Source: Phoronis australis (Eukaryota > Animalia > Phoronida). Taken from it: DNA of 64,000 bases. Location: NCBI GenBank assembly GCA_002633005.1, contig NMRA01000144.1:778485-842484 (forward strand), read 5' to 3'. The position numbers were made by a program, and so were the translations under genes. Shown here one piece after another: positions 9,847 through 21,800 of this stretch. Position 1 is the stretch's first letter, and the number at the start of each line of letters is the position of its first letter. The notes under the pieces are model-generated. The model searched no databases and had not been told where the DNA came from. It saw only the letters and a program-made list of their open reading frames with translations.

Positions 9847-12800
9847 CTGCAGATTACTATAATATTTGACAAGAGCAACGCAGAGCGTTGAAATGCGCCC
9901 ACAATTGCACCGCATACGGTATCCTTCTAGGGTTGTTTATTGGTACCATAAAGTGGCCAGTAGAGGGCATATATGTAGTATGTTGTACTTTGCAAAATGG
10001 AAAGGCATGGTCATTGTCTCCTCAATAGGCTAGGGGCAAAATGTGAGTGATCTTCATAATACAAGCACATCCTATACACCAGTTGCTTAAAGCACCACAG
10101 AAACATAGAATTAAAAACAAATTTACCAACATACGAGATTAGCACAGCATTTGAATGCCAGAAACTAATTTCTACTTGGAACTTTTCGTTCATAGTCACG
10201 AAGTAACACAAAGTATACACCTGAAGACCTATGAAAATACAGAGGTCAATGTAAAATACTAAAATTGCCACTAGAGGCATACCGGTAGTCAGAATCATCC
10301 TAAAGTCGTCATCATCCGTTGTCAACATCACATAAATACACTTGTTAAATTTAGTAAAGATCCTGCAAACGGTTTGGGAGATACAGCCATGGGNNNNNNN
10401 NNNNNNNNNNNNNNNNNNNNNNNNNNNNNNNNNNNNNNNNNNNNNNNNNNNNNNNNNNNNNNNNNNNNNNNNNNNNNNNNNNNNNNNNNNNNNNNNNNNN
10501 NNNNNNNNNNNNNNNNNNNNNNNNNNNNNNNNNNNNNNNNNNNNNNNNNNNNNNNNNNNNNNNNNNNNNNNNNNNNNNNNNNNNNNNNNNNNNNNNNNNN
10601 NNNNNNNNNNNNNNNNNNNNNNNNNNNNNNNNNNNNNNNNNNNNNNNNNNNNNNNNNNNNNNNNNNNNNNNNNNNNNNNNNNNNNNNNNNNNNNNNNNNN
10701 NNNNNNNNNNNNNNNNNNNNNNNNNNNNNNNNNNNNNNNNNNNNNNNNNNNNNNNNNNNNNNNNNNNNNNNNNNNNNNNNNNNNNNNNNNNNNNNNNNNN
10801 NNNNNNNNNNNNNNNNNNNNNNNNNNNNNNNNNNNNNNNNNNNNNNNNNNNNNNNNNNNNNNNNNNNNNNNNNNNNNNNNNNNNNNNNNNNNNNNNNNNN
10901 NNNNNNNNNNNNNNNNNNNNNNNNNNNNNNNNNNNNNNNNNNNNNNNNNNNNNNNNNNNNNNNNNNNNNNNNNNNNNNNNNNNNNNNNNNNNNNNNNNNN
11001 NNNNNNNNNNNCTTTGAGAGGTTTGGTTGATAGAGGGGTGGACGCACAAAAACAGACTCGAAAACACTAAAAATGGCCACTAGGTGGCGCAAACTATGTC
11101 GAATCCATCTGAAAATGGCAGGATAGCGTCATCTCACCAATAGGTGCCTACATACCAAATTTCATGAAAATCCGTTCAGGACTTTTGAAGATACAAAGGT
11201 ATGCGTAAAAAACTAAAATTGCCACTAGGGGACACACCGGTAGTCGGATCCGTCCGAAAGTTCGCACATGCCGTCCCATTCATGAATGGAACATATGTGC
11301 CAAATTTCATGAACGTATGTCAAAGGGTTTTGGAGATAAAGCAGCGGACGCCGGACGCCGAACGGACGCCGCCCGGACGGACGGAGATGACGGCATAATG
11401 CGTCCACATATAAATATGTGGGCGCATAAAAATCAAGTAGCCCACAGTCTAAAATACATTATTTCGAAAATCAGTGACTGTTTTACTAAGGTGTAACATT
11501 GACCATTTTACAATTTAAGTGAAACTAGAAATTACTGCCAAGCAGTCTCTTGTGAAATACAATAAATTTTTTCTAAATAATTTTGGATGTGCAAACTAAA
11601 AGGGGGGTTATGATAGACGTGCCACTTAAGCGCTTACATAGCCTTTACAATATGAACTGTCATCCCCATAAATTTAACCCATTGCAACAAAAATATGACT
11701 AAATGTACTTACCCAAGTCTCCACATGCCAGTTTCTTCTCAATAGGTGGTATCTCGGTGTAGTTGAAACCTTTGAGCACAGCAATCTGCTGGCGAGTCAG
11801 AGGGTGGTCCCACATGTATGTGTTCATGGCGGGAGCGAACAACAGGGGGCGCTGCAGGTCCCATGCCCTCACAACACACGTCTGGAGAATAAAATGAAAT
11901 TGTCTGCATGTGGAATAATAAAAGTATGTTACAATGCTAACTACAAACCATGTTCTGAGGTTAAAAACATCAACTTTCTTCTCAAGCATACTTGCGCTTT
12001 CAAACCAATGTCATTGTGTTCTGGTCGTCTGCTTGAATTGAAATTGGTTTTGTACAATAATAGAACGTAAGGAATTCCTCTCGCAGTAATACTGCTTTGA
12101 CAGCTCAAACTAAACCACAATGACAAGCAACATTAATGAGTCTGATCTGAAGCAATGACAAAGTGTCAGTTCTTTTGAATCATAGAAACCATTGAAATTT
12201 GCCTACTGATATTTTCTGAAAGCAAAAAAGATCAGGAAATATCAAAATATGCTTTATGTTTGTGTACCATTATTATTATTACATTAACACCCTTTTTAAC
12301 TCAAATTTTCAAAGCAAAATAACCCCTTGGTCCATTTTTAAAGAAATATTTTTTAAATGAAAACTCCAAAAGTTACCTCAGAAATGATGCTAGGAATTCT
12401 CAATTAGTCTTTTAGTTTGGTTTCTGTGGCAAATTAACTCGCAAAACAAAAGGTATTTATGTAAAAAAAATAACAGTTGTGTTCATCTTTGTTACATTAC
12501 GCAAAAAAACTGGGCCTCTGTATCGAAAATACTACCAGCGGTTTTCAGAATGATGAATAAATAATAATTATTAAGTTTGGAAAGTACCAGCAAAATCCAC
12601 CAAATCGTTTTCAAGAACTCGTGTTCCTAAGTTCAAATTAAGCTGATTGCCGAAGCCGAGAAACAGCCGATTAAGTAGGGACGTGGAAATGTCAAGCTCT
12701 TTAAATTGGTTAATCATTCAGTGAAAACTTGCTTTCCGTCAATATAACCTATACTCCCCGAAGCCGTATTCATTATTTCAACATTCACACGCAATGTCAA

Positions 12801-15800
12801 CTGAATTTGCAGTGCGTAATTAAGTTAATTAAATATCACAAAAACATTTAATTAGCCAAATCGATATCCAATGTATCAAGTCCAAATAGGTCATGGGTGG
12901 AGCCAACATATTGAGATGGTGAAGCTGGTGCCTTGTGGTCCACTTTAAAGTAGGTGAACAGTTCAATGTTATACACACCACGCGCCAGGAGACTGATATG
13001 AAACCCAAGAATGAAATGTATACAGAAATCGTCATGAGCATGAGAACGAAACGCCAAAATGTCAAATGACCTATCAAATTATGGATATCTCAAACCTTAT
13101 TCACTAAAAATTGGCCACTTTTACAATAATTCACGTGTCTAGTAAAATATCTTATCTCCATTTGCGGTTAACTTCAAATACAAAATATATACCATGTAGC
13201 GAGAAAAAAAGATTTAGCAGAACCACCTTGGAATTGCACAACCACATGGATATTTGTTTACTACTCATCCGAGATCAAAGGTTAGAGGGTAGTCACTCAA
13301 ATCAAATCTCCCATCAGGTACAGAGCAGCTACTATGTACCCTCAGTCTTTTCATTCACCGAGTCGCCATAATATTGAGTCAATGAGGTGTTCATATAGAA
13401 CGGTGCCATGGTAAACAAAGACAAAACGTAGTTTTGTTCCTGAGGAAGTTGCCCATCTACATGCATACGACCATTGAGAACGAATGCTACGAGTCGCCTC
13501 AAGCCGCTGTAGTCACAATCACAGCAGTTGCGAAAAGAAATAAATATTCACCCAAATTTCTTAATTCAAATGAAGTAATTTGATATTTAGATGCTTCAAT
13601 CTCATGCTAACAATGTGCTTTAACCACCGACTCAATTTCTGTTATCTATTTCTTACTTGGTTTCCTATCAGTCTCCAGGCGCATGATGTGTTTTAGTAAT
13701 GAAATGTTGACCTATTTTTAAGTAGGTCAAACAATAGTAGCAATTGATCACACCTCTTGGCTGGGGACAGTATCTTTTAATAATAACTAAGTTAATTTCG
13801 CACTGCAAACTCAGTTGACATTGCAAGTGAGTAATTAATAGTCTAGCAACAGAATTGCCTCAAGAGCAATAACAAGGAAATTTTTTAGACCTACTAAGCA
13901 CATGTCAACTTTGTATTAGCCATGCTGCATTGAAAATAAGTACCTGGAAAAAACAACAATCCCATGGCTTGGAAAGTACAGTAACACAAAAAGAGCAACG
14001 AAGAGTGTAAATATACCCCACTGTGTGCATCACAAATGGTGAACATGAAGTGGTGCTCATTTTCAAATATTTCCATGGTAGTCAAATCCATTTGAAAATC
14101 AACATCAGCTGTGTTCTTGTCATTAGGAACGTGCACCAAGTCAAATTTGTGATGATCCATGGAAAAATGATATTAAGGCAGTCACAATGACAGTTTGCCA
14201 CTAGGGGGCACCACAGAAGTCCCATCAGTCCAAACATAACATTAGCTGCTTTTTATACACCCACATATGTACAGGTAGGCACATAAAACTGGCACATTAC
14301 AAAATATATCGGACACAGACGTAGAGACCACCGTATCATAACACAAATTTATTTAACTCGAGTGACAGTAGTTAGTCATTTGAGCTGTCAGTCTACTTAA
14401 CTACTTTAATTGATATTGTGAAGTTACGGTTACATGACTTTGTACAACTTCGTTCAACAAAGTGTTCGCCAATTTTTGCATGATGCTACCATGAATTTTG
14501 CCACAAGCTTGTTCAAGGAGAATGCCACCCGATTTAATTAGTCTTTTTTACCGTCTTAATCGGTCTATATCCACTTCTCCTCGCATACGGTCGACCTTAC
14601 CTTGCCAAGAGGTGTCGCGTTAACCTGTGAGGAAGGTGAGAAACGACGCTAGCGACGTCAGTGGTTCATATGCAGAGTGAATGCCGCTATATTTCGGGGT
14701 GCATCTTTCCCGCTTGTTCGAACTAAGCAGCTGCGAGGAAAGCGTGTATATCGTTTTTTTTTTTTACTTCCTCGAGAGTCAGAAATGCTTAGGAAGTGGA
14801 TCATGGTAGTGAAGAATGAAATGTACGCTGTAAATAGCAAGTATGAGGCCGTGAAACATCTCCGTGTCTGTGGCCTGCAGACATGGACATCGACAATGCC
14901 TGACGAATGCCGGCTGGCTTACCAAATAACTCCATACGTTCCGTTGTCTGAGCTTGTTCACGGGGTCTCTCTAGTATTTCTTCATCACTGTATTCCTGTT
15001 CGAATTGATAGCCTGTAAAACTTAACGATCCACCTTCGAAGTCGGGACTGATGAGCTTTAGCTCGTCCTAAGCCGGGATTGCGAGTTGCCATGTTGGCGT
15101 TTATTACTGAGCGTTCTGTTTCAAAATGAATTATTCTCACCCTAACAAATACTTACATAAAACTGAAACAAAGTCTGTCTCATTAGATGCAATTTGTAAT
15201 GCCTTTGGAGTGTTCGTGAGTACAAATGATTTGAGAAGCCAGCAATGAATAAATCACTGCGTTACCGGCTTTATGTGCAATAAAACTAATTGACGGGACA
15301 CCAAGGCCGTGTGAGCTCATGCTAATTTAGTGGTTGCTGGCAGAAACTGTTGTGAAACAACTCGATTTCAATCCCACGGCCAGGTGTTAGGGGAATTTTT
15401 ATTTACATTTACATTACTCAAATAATGATTGACAACGTACAACTTCTGCCCTGATGGTGCTGTGGCCAAAGCGGAACCTGAATTCGCGGCCCCCGACGAG
15501 TAAGTAGATTTGCTGTTTCGTGGCTAATTCACCATCATAATCAGGTGCACATTACTTTGGCTCACTAGTATAGTATTTTCTTGACTGGAAGTTTAGTTTC
15601 CACTGAACTTCGGCTGGTTTATGTTTGTGATGTCTGATCAGTTTCCGAGCCACTGGCCGGGATAACAAGTCAATCCGGCCGGCCGCGACGGGCCTGATCG
15701 GGCTCCGAGCTACTCACTGGCCAGGATAACAAGCGTTTTGTGTTTAGAACTCAAAAGATCACAAGTCTAAACAACACAGATCTAGGTTCTCCAGTCTGTA

Positions 15801-18800
15801 TCTCACGGAAAATACTTCGGAATTATCTCCGAACAGACCCCAAGCTCCTGCTACGTGACCTTATTGGCCTGCCGAACTTTGTAGGCTACGGTGTGTCCAA
15901 ATACCAATAAATACGTGAGAGCGAAATAAAACAACACGTTTTTGTAAGAACTCGGTGTATTTTTAAGGGTTTTATATTGAAGTTTGATGATTTATTGGTG
16001 TTAAACGATGACTTCAAGCGATAAGCCGACACCAGTAACCCGTGTTGTGAACTGCCGAACAGATTGCGTGTGAAACCGATGACGTCATTGGATAATTTCA
16101 ACACCTCCATCTGCCTTCAGGTGTCAGGTAATGCAACTGTACGTGTCGTTATGGGGTAGAACTACTGGATCTAAATTGATACAAATTAGGTTGTTTTTTT
16201 GGGTAACATGCTCCTTTAAACGTGCTTCCCACCCAATCCAACTGTATTTTTTCCTATCAGAATTTAGGTTCTAGAAACGTTTTTCTCAAGCCTAAAACCA
16301 TGCAGACGTATACATCGAAGGTTTAAATTCCTTATCTCCACTGAGACTGTTCACAACTGACTTCTCTGCAAACCGTATTTGAACGTTCAATCACCAAAAT
16401 TATAACTTTTTTACCAGCAATAAAAGCCTTGGCCACATTTGATTGCTGAAACTTGGAACATCACTAGCATACAGGAAAAACACCATCATGTCAATCTTAC
16501 CTTGAATTCAAAATCAATCATAAAACATTTTCTCACAATGTTATGACCTCACAGCTCCGACATTAGATGAAGTTTGACTAGCTTATCAGCCAAGCACGAG
16601 GCTGTATGCAGATGCCACGTTGCTATCATTGAAAGATGCTTTGACATTATGCAGCAATCATAAATGCGCATGCATGAACCTGTGTAGTTGAGTATTGCTA
16701 GAGCTTCACATTTCTAAAATTTTTTCATAATTTTCAAACCGCTCCTGGAGTTTAAAGACATCGGAGTATCATCGGACTGGCCTGCGTCACTGGGTGAGAA
16801 ATGATTTTATTTCGTATACTACAACTGATAAACTCAATGGCCTGTATCCCGAATGAGACGGCATCTGTGACTAGTGATACACCGATGGACTTCAGTCCAC
16901 TGCATGAACTGAGGTCTGCCAAGGGTATAATTCTAGCCCACCTCAACGTACGCAGTCTTTTATCAAAAATCGAAGACATTTGCTTACTACTCCACGACAA
17001 GTCTATCGATGTCCTGTGTTTTAGCGAAATATGGCTAAATTGTTCGATCTCCGACGGTGAAATATCAATTGACGACTATAACCTGTGCAGAAAAGATCGG
17101 ACTGAAAGACATGGGGAGTGGCCCTTTTCATCAGAGACAGCTACAATTTCAGTGGAAGACCCGACAAGTCCCGGCATGCATTGGAACATCCTCTCTGGTA
17201 ACTGCCATTTTAATGAAGCACCTACAGAGTTTTCTTTACTTTTTATTCATCGCCAGCGTCATCATCGAGATGACATCTCTATCTGCATCAACACACAAGA
17301 ACTTGGTTTCACGCCAGTAAGTCCATTTCGAAAGCTTTCTTGCATGCCTAGGGTTGTATGTTTGAGAATCATAAAGGTAGTTTGTGTTCTTCTCAGTCCA
17401 ACTGCTCTTCCACACATCATCTATTTCACACAAATGTTGAAGACACAGTCGGGAATGCTTACAACATTGACCCCTTTTTAAAAAGTATATTAAAAAATGT
17501 CTGTTGACACAAAGCACTAACCTACCAGTAGATTATCACACATTCCGTTGGCCATTTTGGCCAGTGTGTTGGCATCTAGAGGGGCAATGACCAAAACATC
17601 CGCCCACCGACGCAGCTCAATATGCAACACAGGATCAGGTATCTTCTTCCAACTCTGTGAACACCAAACGTAAACATCACATACCTTTCAACAACTGCAC
17701 AATGTTCTTCCACATTACTAGACTCCCAATTAACCAAAACATTCACTAATATTCCCTAATATTAAATAGTTTGCTTTATTCTAGTCAGCTTCTTTTAACA
17801 AGCTTCCAGTCCAATGTCCTTTTCACAGGGGGATAATCACACATACTCCAGGCTCACAACTAAAGACTGTTCTGTTGGCACATTGTATTTCTATGTCAAA
17901 CCTTGTTTTGCTTTGAAATTGAGTTAGTCAGGCGAAATAATAAAGAGGATTACATTTCAACAATTGTACTGTCCATGGTGGAACTCATAGGCAGTATTTC
18001 TGCCTCTGAACCATCTCAAACTTGTTTTAATTTTGTTTGAAGTAAAAATTGTAAAGCCTCAAAAAGTATGACACAATCTGACTCAGGATAACTTCTGCTA
18101 ATAACAAAAATCTCATATTCAAAACACACTGTGCCTTAAATGAAATGAGTCCTGACTTTTGTGATCTCACATAACCTTTGGCCTTTACCTGCCATTCGTC
18201 AATATCTCTGTGAACTTTTACAGGTAGTGCATCAGGGTTGAAAAAGTGAGTCGCATGCTCAGTGGTGATAACTTGTATATTAACCTGTAATAGGCAAGAA
18301 ACATTAAATGAGATAAGCCAATCACAAACAGCAATAAGGTCCTGTGGGTGGCTCCACACACACACTCACATTTCGCTGCATGGATGCATTAAAATCAAAA
18401 TCGTGCGGAAATTTGAAAAACACAAAATGCCATGATATGCACAACGCCACCTCGCAGGCATTCCTTTTTGAACGTTGGGCCAAAATCCAATCTGAAATTG
18501 ACGACAAGTAGCACACAGAAGAGCATTTACACGCAAGTGAAAACCAAGAACAAGACACCACTTAAGGAAATATAGCTGAAAAGCACCGCACTAACAATAT
18601 GCACTATTATAGCACTTCTCAAGCATAGTTTTTGAAAGTTTGGTCGGAATACCTTTTCACATGAAGCAGTTGCTCTCAGAAGAGCATTGCTGTACATGAA
18701 AGTCTGAAATTAAAGGCGAAGGCAACCTTTTTCCATGTCATTTTGAGCTAAAATAAGGTGGGTTGGTTATCCTAGACACATTTTCCACTTAATTACAGCT

Positions 18801-21800
18801 TTTCGTAATTTTATTAATTACTCGTGTGCTGTTTTTCAACAATTGTCGCCACCACTTTCCATCGGCGAGTATTCTGCGGCAAAATAGGGTAGTAGAGAAC
18901 TCAACTACGTTGGATTTAGGGATTGTTTAGTGTGTTGTAAGCTGAAAATGGCTGAAGTCTGTGACCCGTATCACAGTGACAGTAGTGTGACTGACGGAGA
19001 CCTTGTTCACAGCAGTGGTGACGAGGAATTTTTTCACGGACATTCAGTGGGTGGGTACATGTTTGAGCCAGAGTATAACGAGGCAGAGTACGCACTGGCA
19101 CAGGCAGCTGTTGAGAGAAATGAGGCGGCTACTGAGGACAGACGTGGTGACACATCTTGGTGCAAATGCACTGTGTGCGTTGTTATGCCTACCTCAATGG
19201 AATGCTTGTGCTGTTCAGAGTTCGACGAGGCCAAGTCACTACTGGACATGGTTAAGTGGACCTTCGGCATACCACAGACAGAGGAACAACTGTCTCACTT
19301 GCCATAGTGTCCCGTGACACACTCCCACTGGATGGTGACCTGAGCACCCAAACTGCTTACATCGTGTCGTGTGACTCCCTCGCCACACACCTGGCACCTT
19401 CTAAATAGACAAGTCCACAATAAACTTATCAAAGTTTGGCTCATCGATCTGTTCTCTGAACGACAAACTGTCCTCTTCACTGGGTGTCGAACTGGGCCTG
19501 TAATCACTCCCACTACTCAATATCGCTGCAGAGCTGCTTAGAGGCTCTGGGCTGGAGAAAACAGCACAGGGCGAATCACCACTGGTTCCAGGAATTGCAC
19601 GCTCTGGGGTACGTTCGGAAGCACGGGTGACAGTAGATGAAGTGCCTCCACTGGCTCCAGTCACTGTACTGGCCACAGCTCGCGAGGCTTCTCGCTTCAA
19701 AAACGCACTTCTCGGGGGTGGCGACGGGGCACTGCCGGGAATCAACACAAACGGAATGGCATCCTTCTTCAGGCGTTGTTTCGCAGGGACCTTCATCAGT
19801 TCAGCGTAAAAATCCCTTTCGTAACTGGAGGGCAGAAAGTGCTTGCCACACACACGGTAATTCTCCACTGCTTTGTACGTTGCGTGGACGGGTAACGCTG
19901 CGTTCTTCACACGAACGAGCGAAGTACGGCGAAGTGTGTCATCCATCGGAAAGCGATGCAAAAGTACTCCCAAAGCGCGCGTGAGCCGATAATACATTCC
20001 GGTACGCAGCAACAGTGTGGCATGTTGACTGACTAGTAAATGAAAGCAAACGACGATGGAACTTAACACAACCGAGGTAGAACAATGACTGACTCGGCAG
20101 CTCTCAGTCAGACTACATGAAAAGAAATTGGCGCGAAATGCTTGCCTCCTAAAACGTCACTTCCTCAGTAGCAGATGAGTAATTAATAACATTACGAAAA
20201 GCTGTAATTAAGTGGAAAATATGTCTAGGATAACCAACCAACCTTATTTTAGCTCAAAATGACATGGAAAAAGGTTGCCTTCGCCTTTAAGAAGTGGGCC
20301 AATATTCCAGAAAATAGACAAACCGTAAAATGATGATAATATACCCAAAATCACTTTGTAAGGTACTGGTCTGAACGTTTGTTTGAAATCCCCTATGAAA
20401 TGTTGGACAATTAGGAGTTTCACAAATAACAGCTTTCCACAAGGTTGCGTTCTAGTATGTGTCATAATAAAATATTGCAATTGGCTTCATTTCATTGCAA
20501 TTTTTTAGTATTCTACTACCAGCAAACTCAATTTCAGAACAAAAATTGCTATTGCGAAACTACCATCATCTTCCGAGAGATGTCACAATAAATTAGGAAA
20601 TGATGCATATGAATGACGTGACACGAGCGCACTGTTTTCAAAACAACGATACACTTTTGCTTTGTTACAAAGGGCAGAAAATTATGCAAGAAAATGACAT
20701 TTATTAGATAGTCTTTCACTTAAACCACTGCAACCGGAAAGGTGAGTGTCGGTTGACTCCCAGAATTTGCATGCACTGCCGCCGGCCGTTAACATGTTGA
20801 TTAAGTTTCACGACGAGGTGATAAGTGGAACTAGCCAGGCTATGTGAAATTTCGGAGTCTAACGGAGCTCAACACACAGTGGTTTCTGGCGGTATTTAGA
20901 CGATAGTTTTCATACAGCTAGCTGGCATACTTTTTGGAAAGTTTAGTCAAAATCTCCTACAGGAGGAGATAATTTACAAGTAAATTAATTTTAGTGGTTC
21001 CGAAGGACTGTTAAGCACTTTTCTATTTGTAATTCTTTTCAATATATAAGTGGAGTAAACGGGTCCCTCTTCAAAATGGCTGCCGGGAATCAGTTTACAC
21101 TGAATAACGGACAATGTCATTACTCAGTGAAAACTGGTGCCCGGCAGCCATTTTCAAGAGGACCCATGACAACGGAAATAATCATGGTGTTGCAAGCAAA
21201 GTTTTTATCATTTCATACAATTTCTAAACCTGTTTCGCTCTTGTCCACTGTTTTACTACATGTCATGCGGAACACATTTTCTGCTTATTTTGCAAGTTGG
21301 TTCAAAGCCCAGACATAGCAGGAGAGTGCAAACAAAAGTAAGAAAAGATAAGAATTTGAAAAAATCTAAGAGAAAAGCTTGTAGTGTATGAAGGACCTAT
21401 AGGAGCTTCACCATCTCTAAGCCAAGGTTGAACTCGAGACGGTGGTCATGTTGCACCCCAAACTCATGCCTGTGTCAAACTGATTTGGCGCTGGTTAGTG
21501 AGCCAAACTGATGCTAGACAGTGACCACTGTCTCTAGCTGGCTCAGTAGAGACCATGTAGCTGCTATAGGGGGGCACTAATCCGATATAATGGACCCTAA
21601 CTTATTCCAAATAAATCCACTAAATATAGGTCTAAATGAATGATTTTGGCATCGTTGCATTCCTCAGACATCTGGCTATTCATACAAATCCTTTTCACGA
21701 GCCTCAATTACTAAAGTCTATAACTACGCTATTCCGAACTCGGTCCACTTTAGCCACACGAATCGTGAAATCGGCAGTCATTTCAGGGAACTTACTATAT

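Larger units (their letters stand above)
18714..20286 (-). mobile_element. Kolobok DNA transposon, internal deletion derivative
   Basis: About 110-bp near-perfect TIRs (AGGCGAAGGCAACC...). TTAA TSD at 18710-18713 and 20287-20290. Convergent THAP-transposase (minus) and KolX-like (plus) ORFs. Confidence 0.93.

Noticed and set aside
10328-11092. Long ORFs of 218-254 aa
   Set aside because: Artefacts of translating the N gap.
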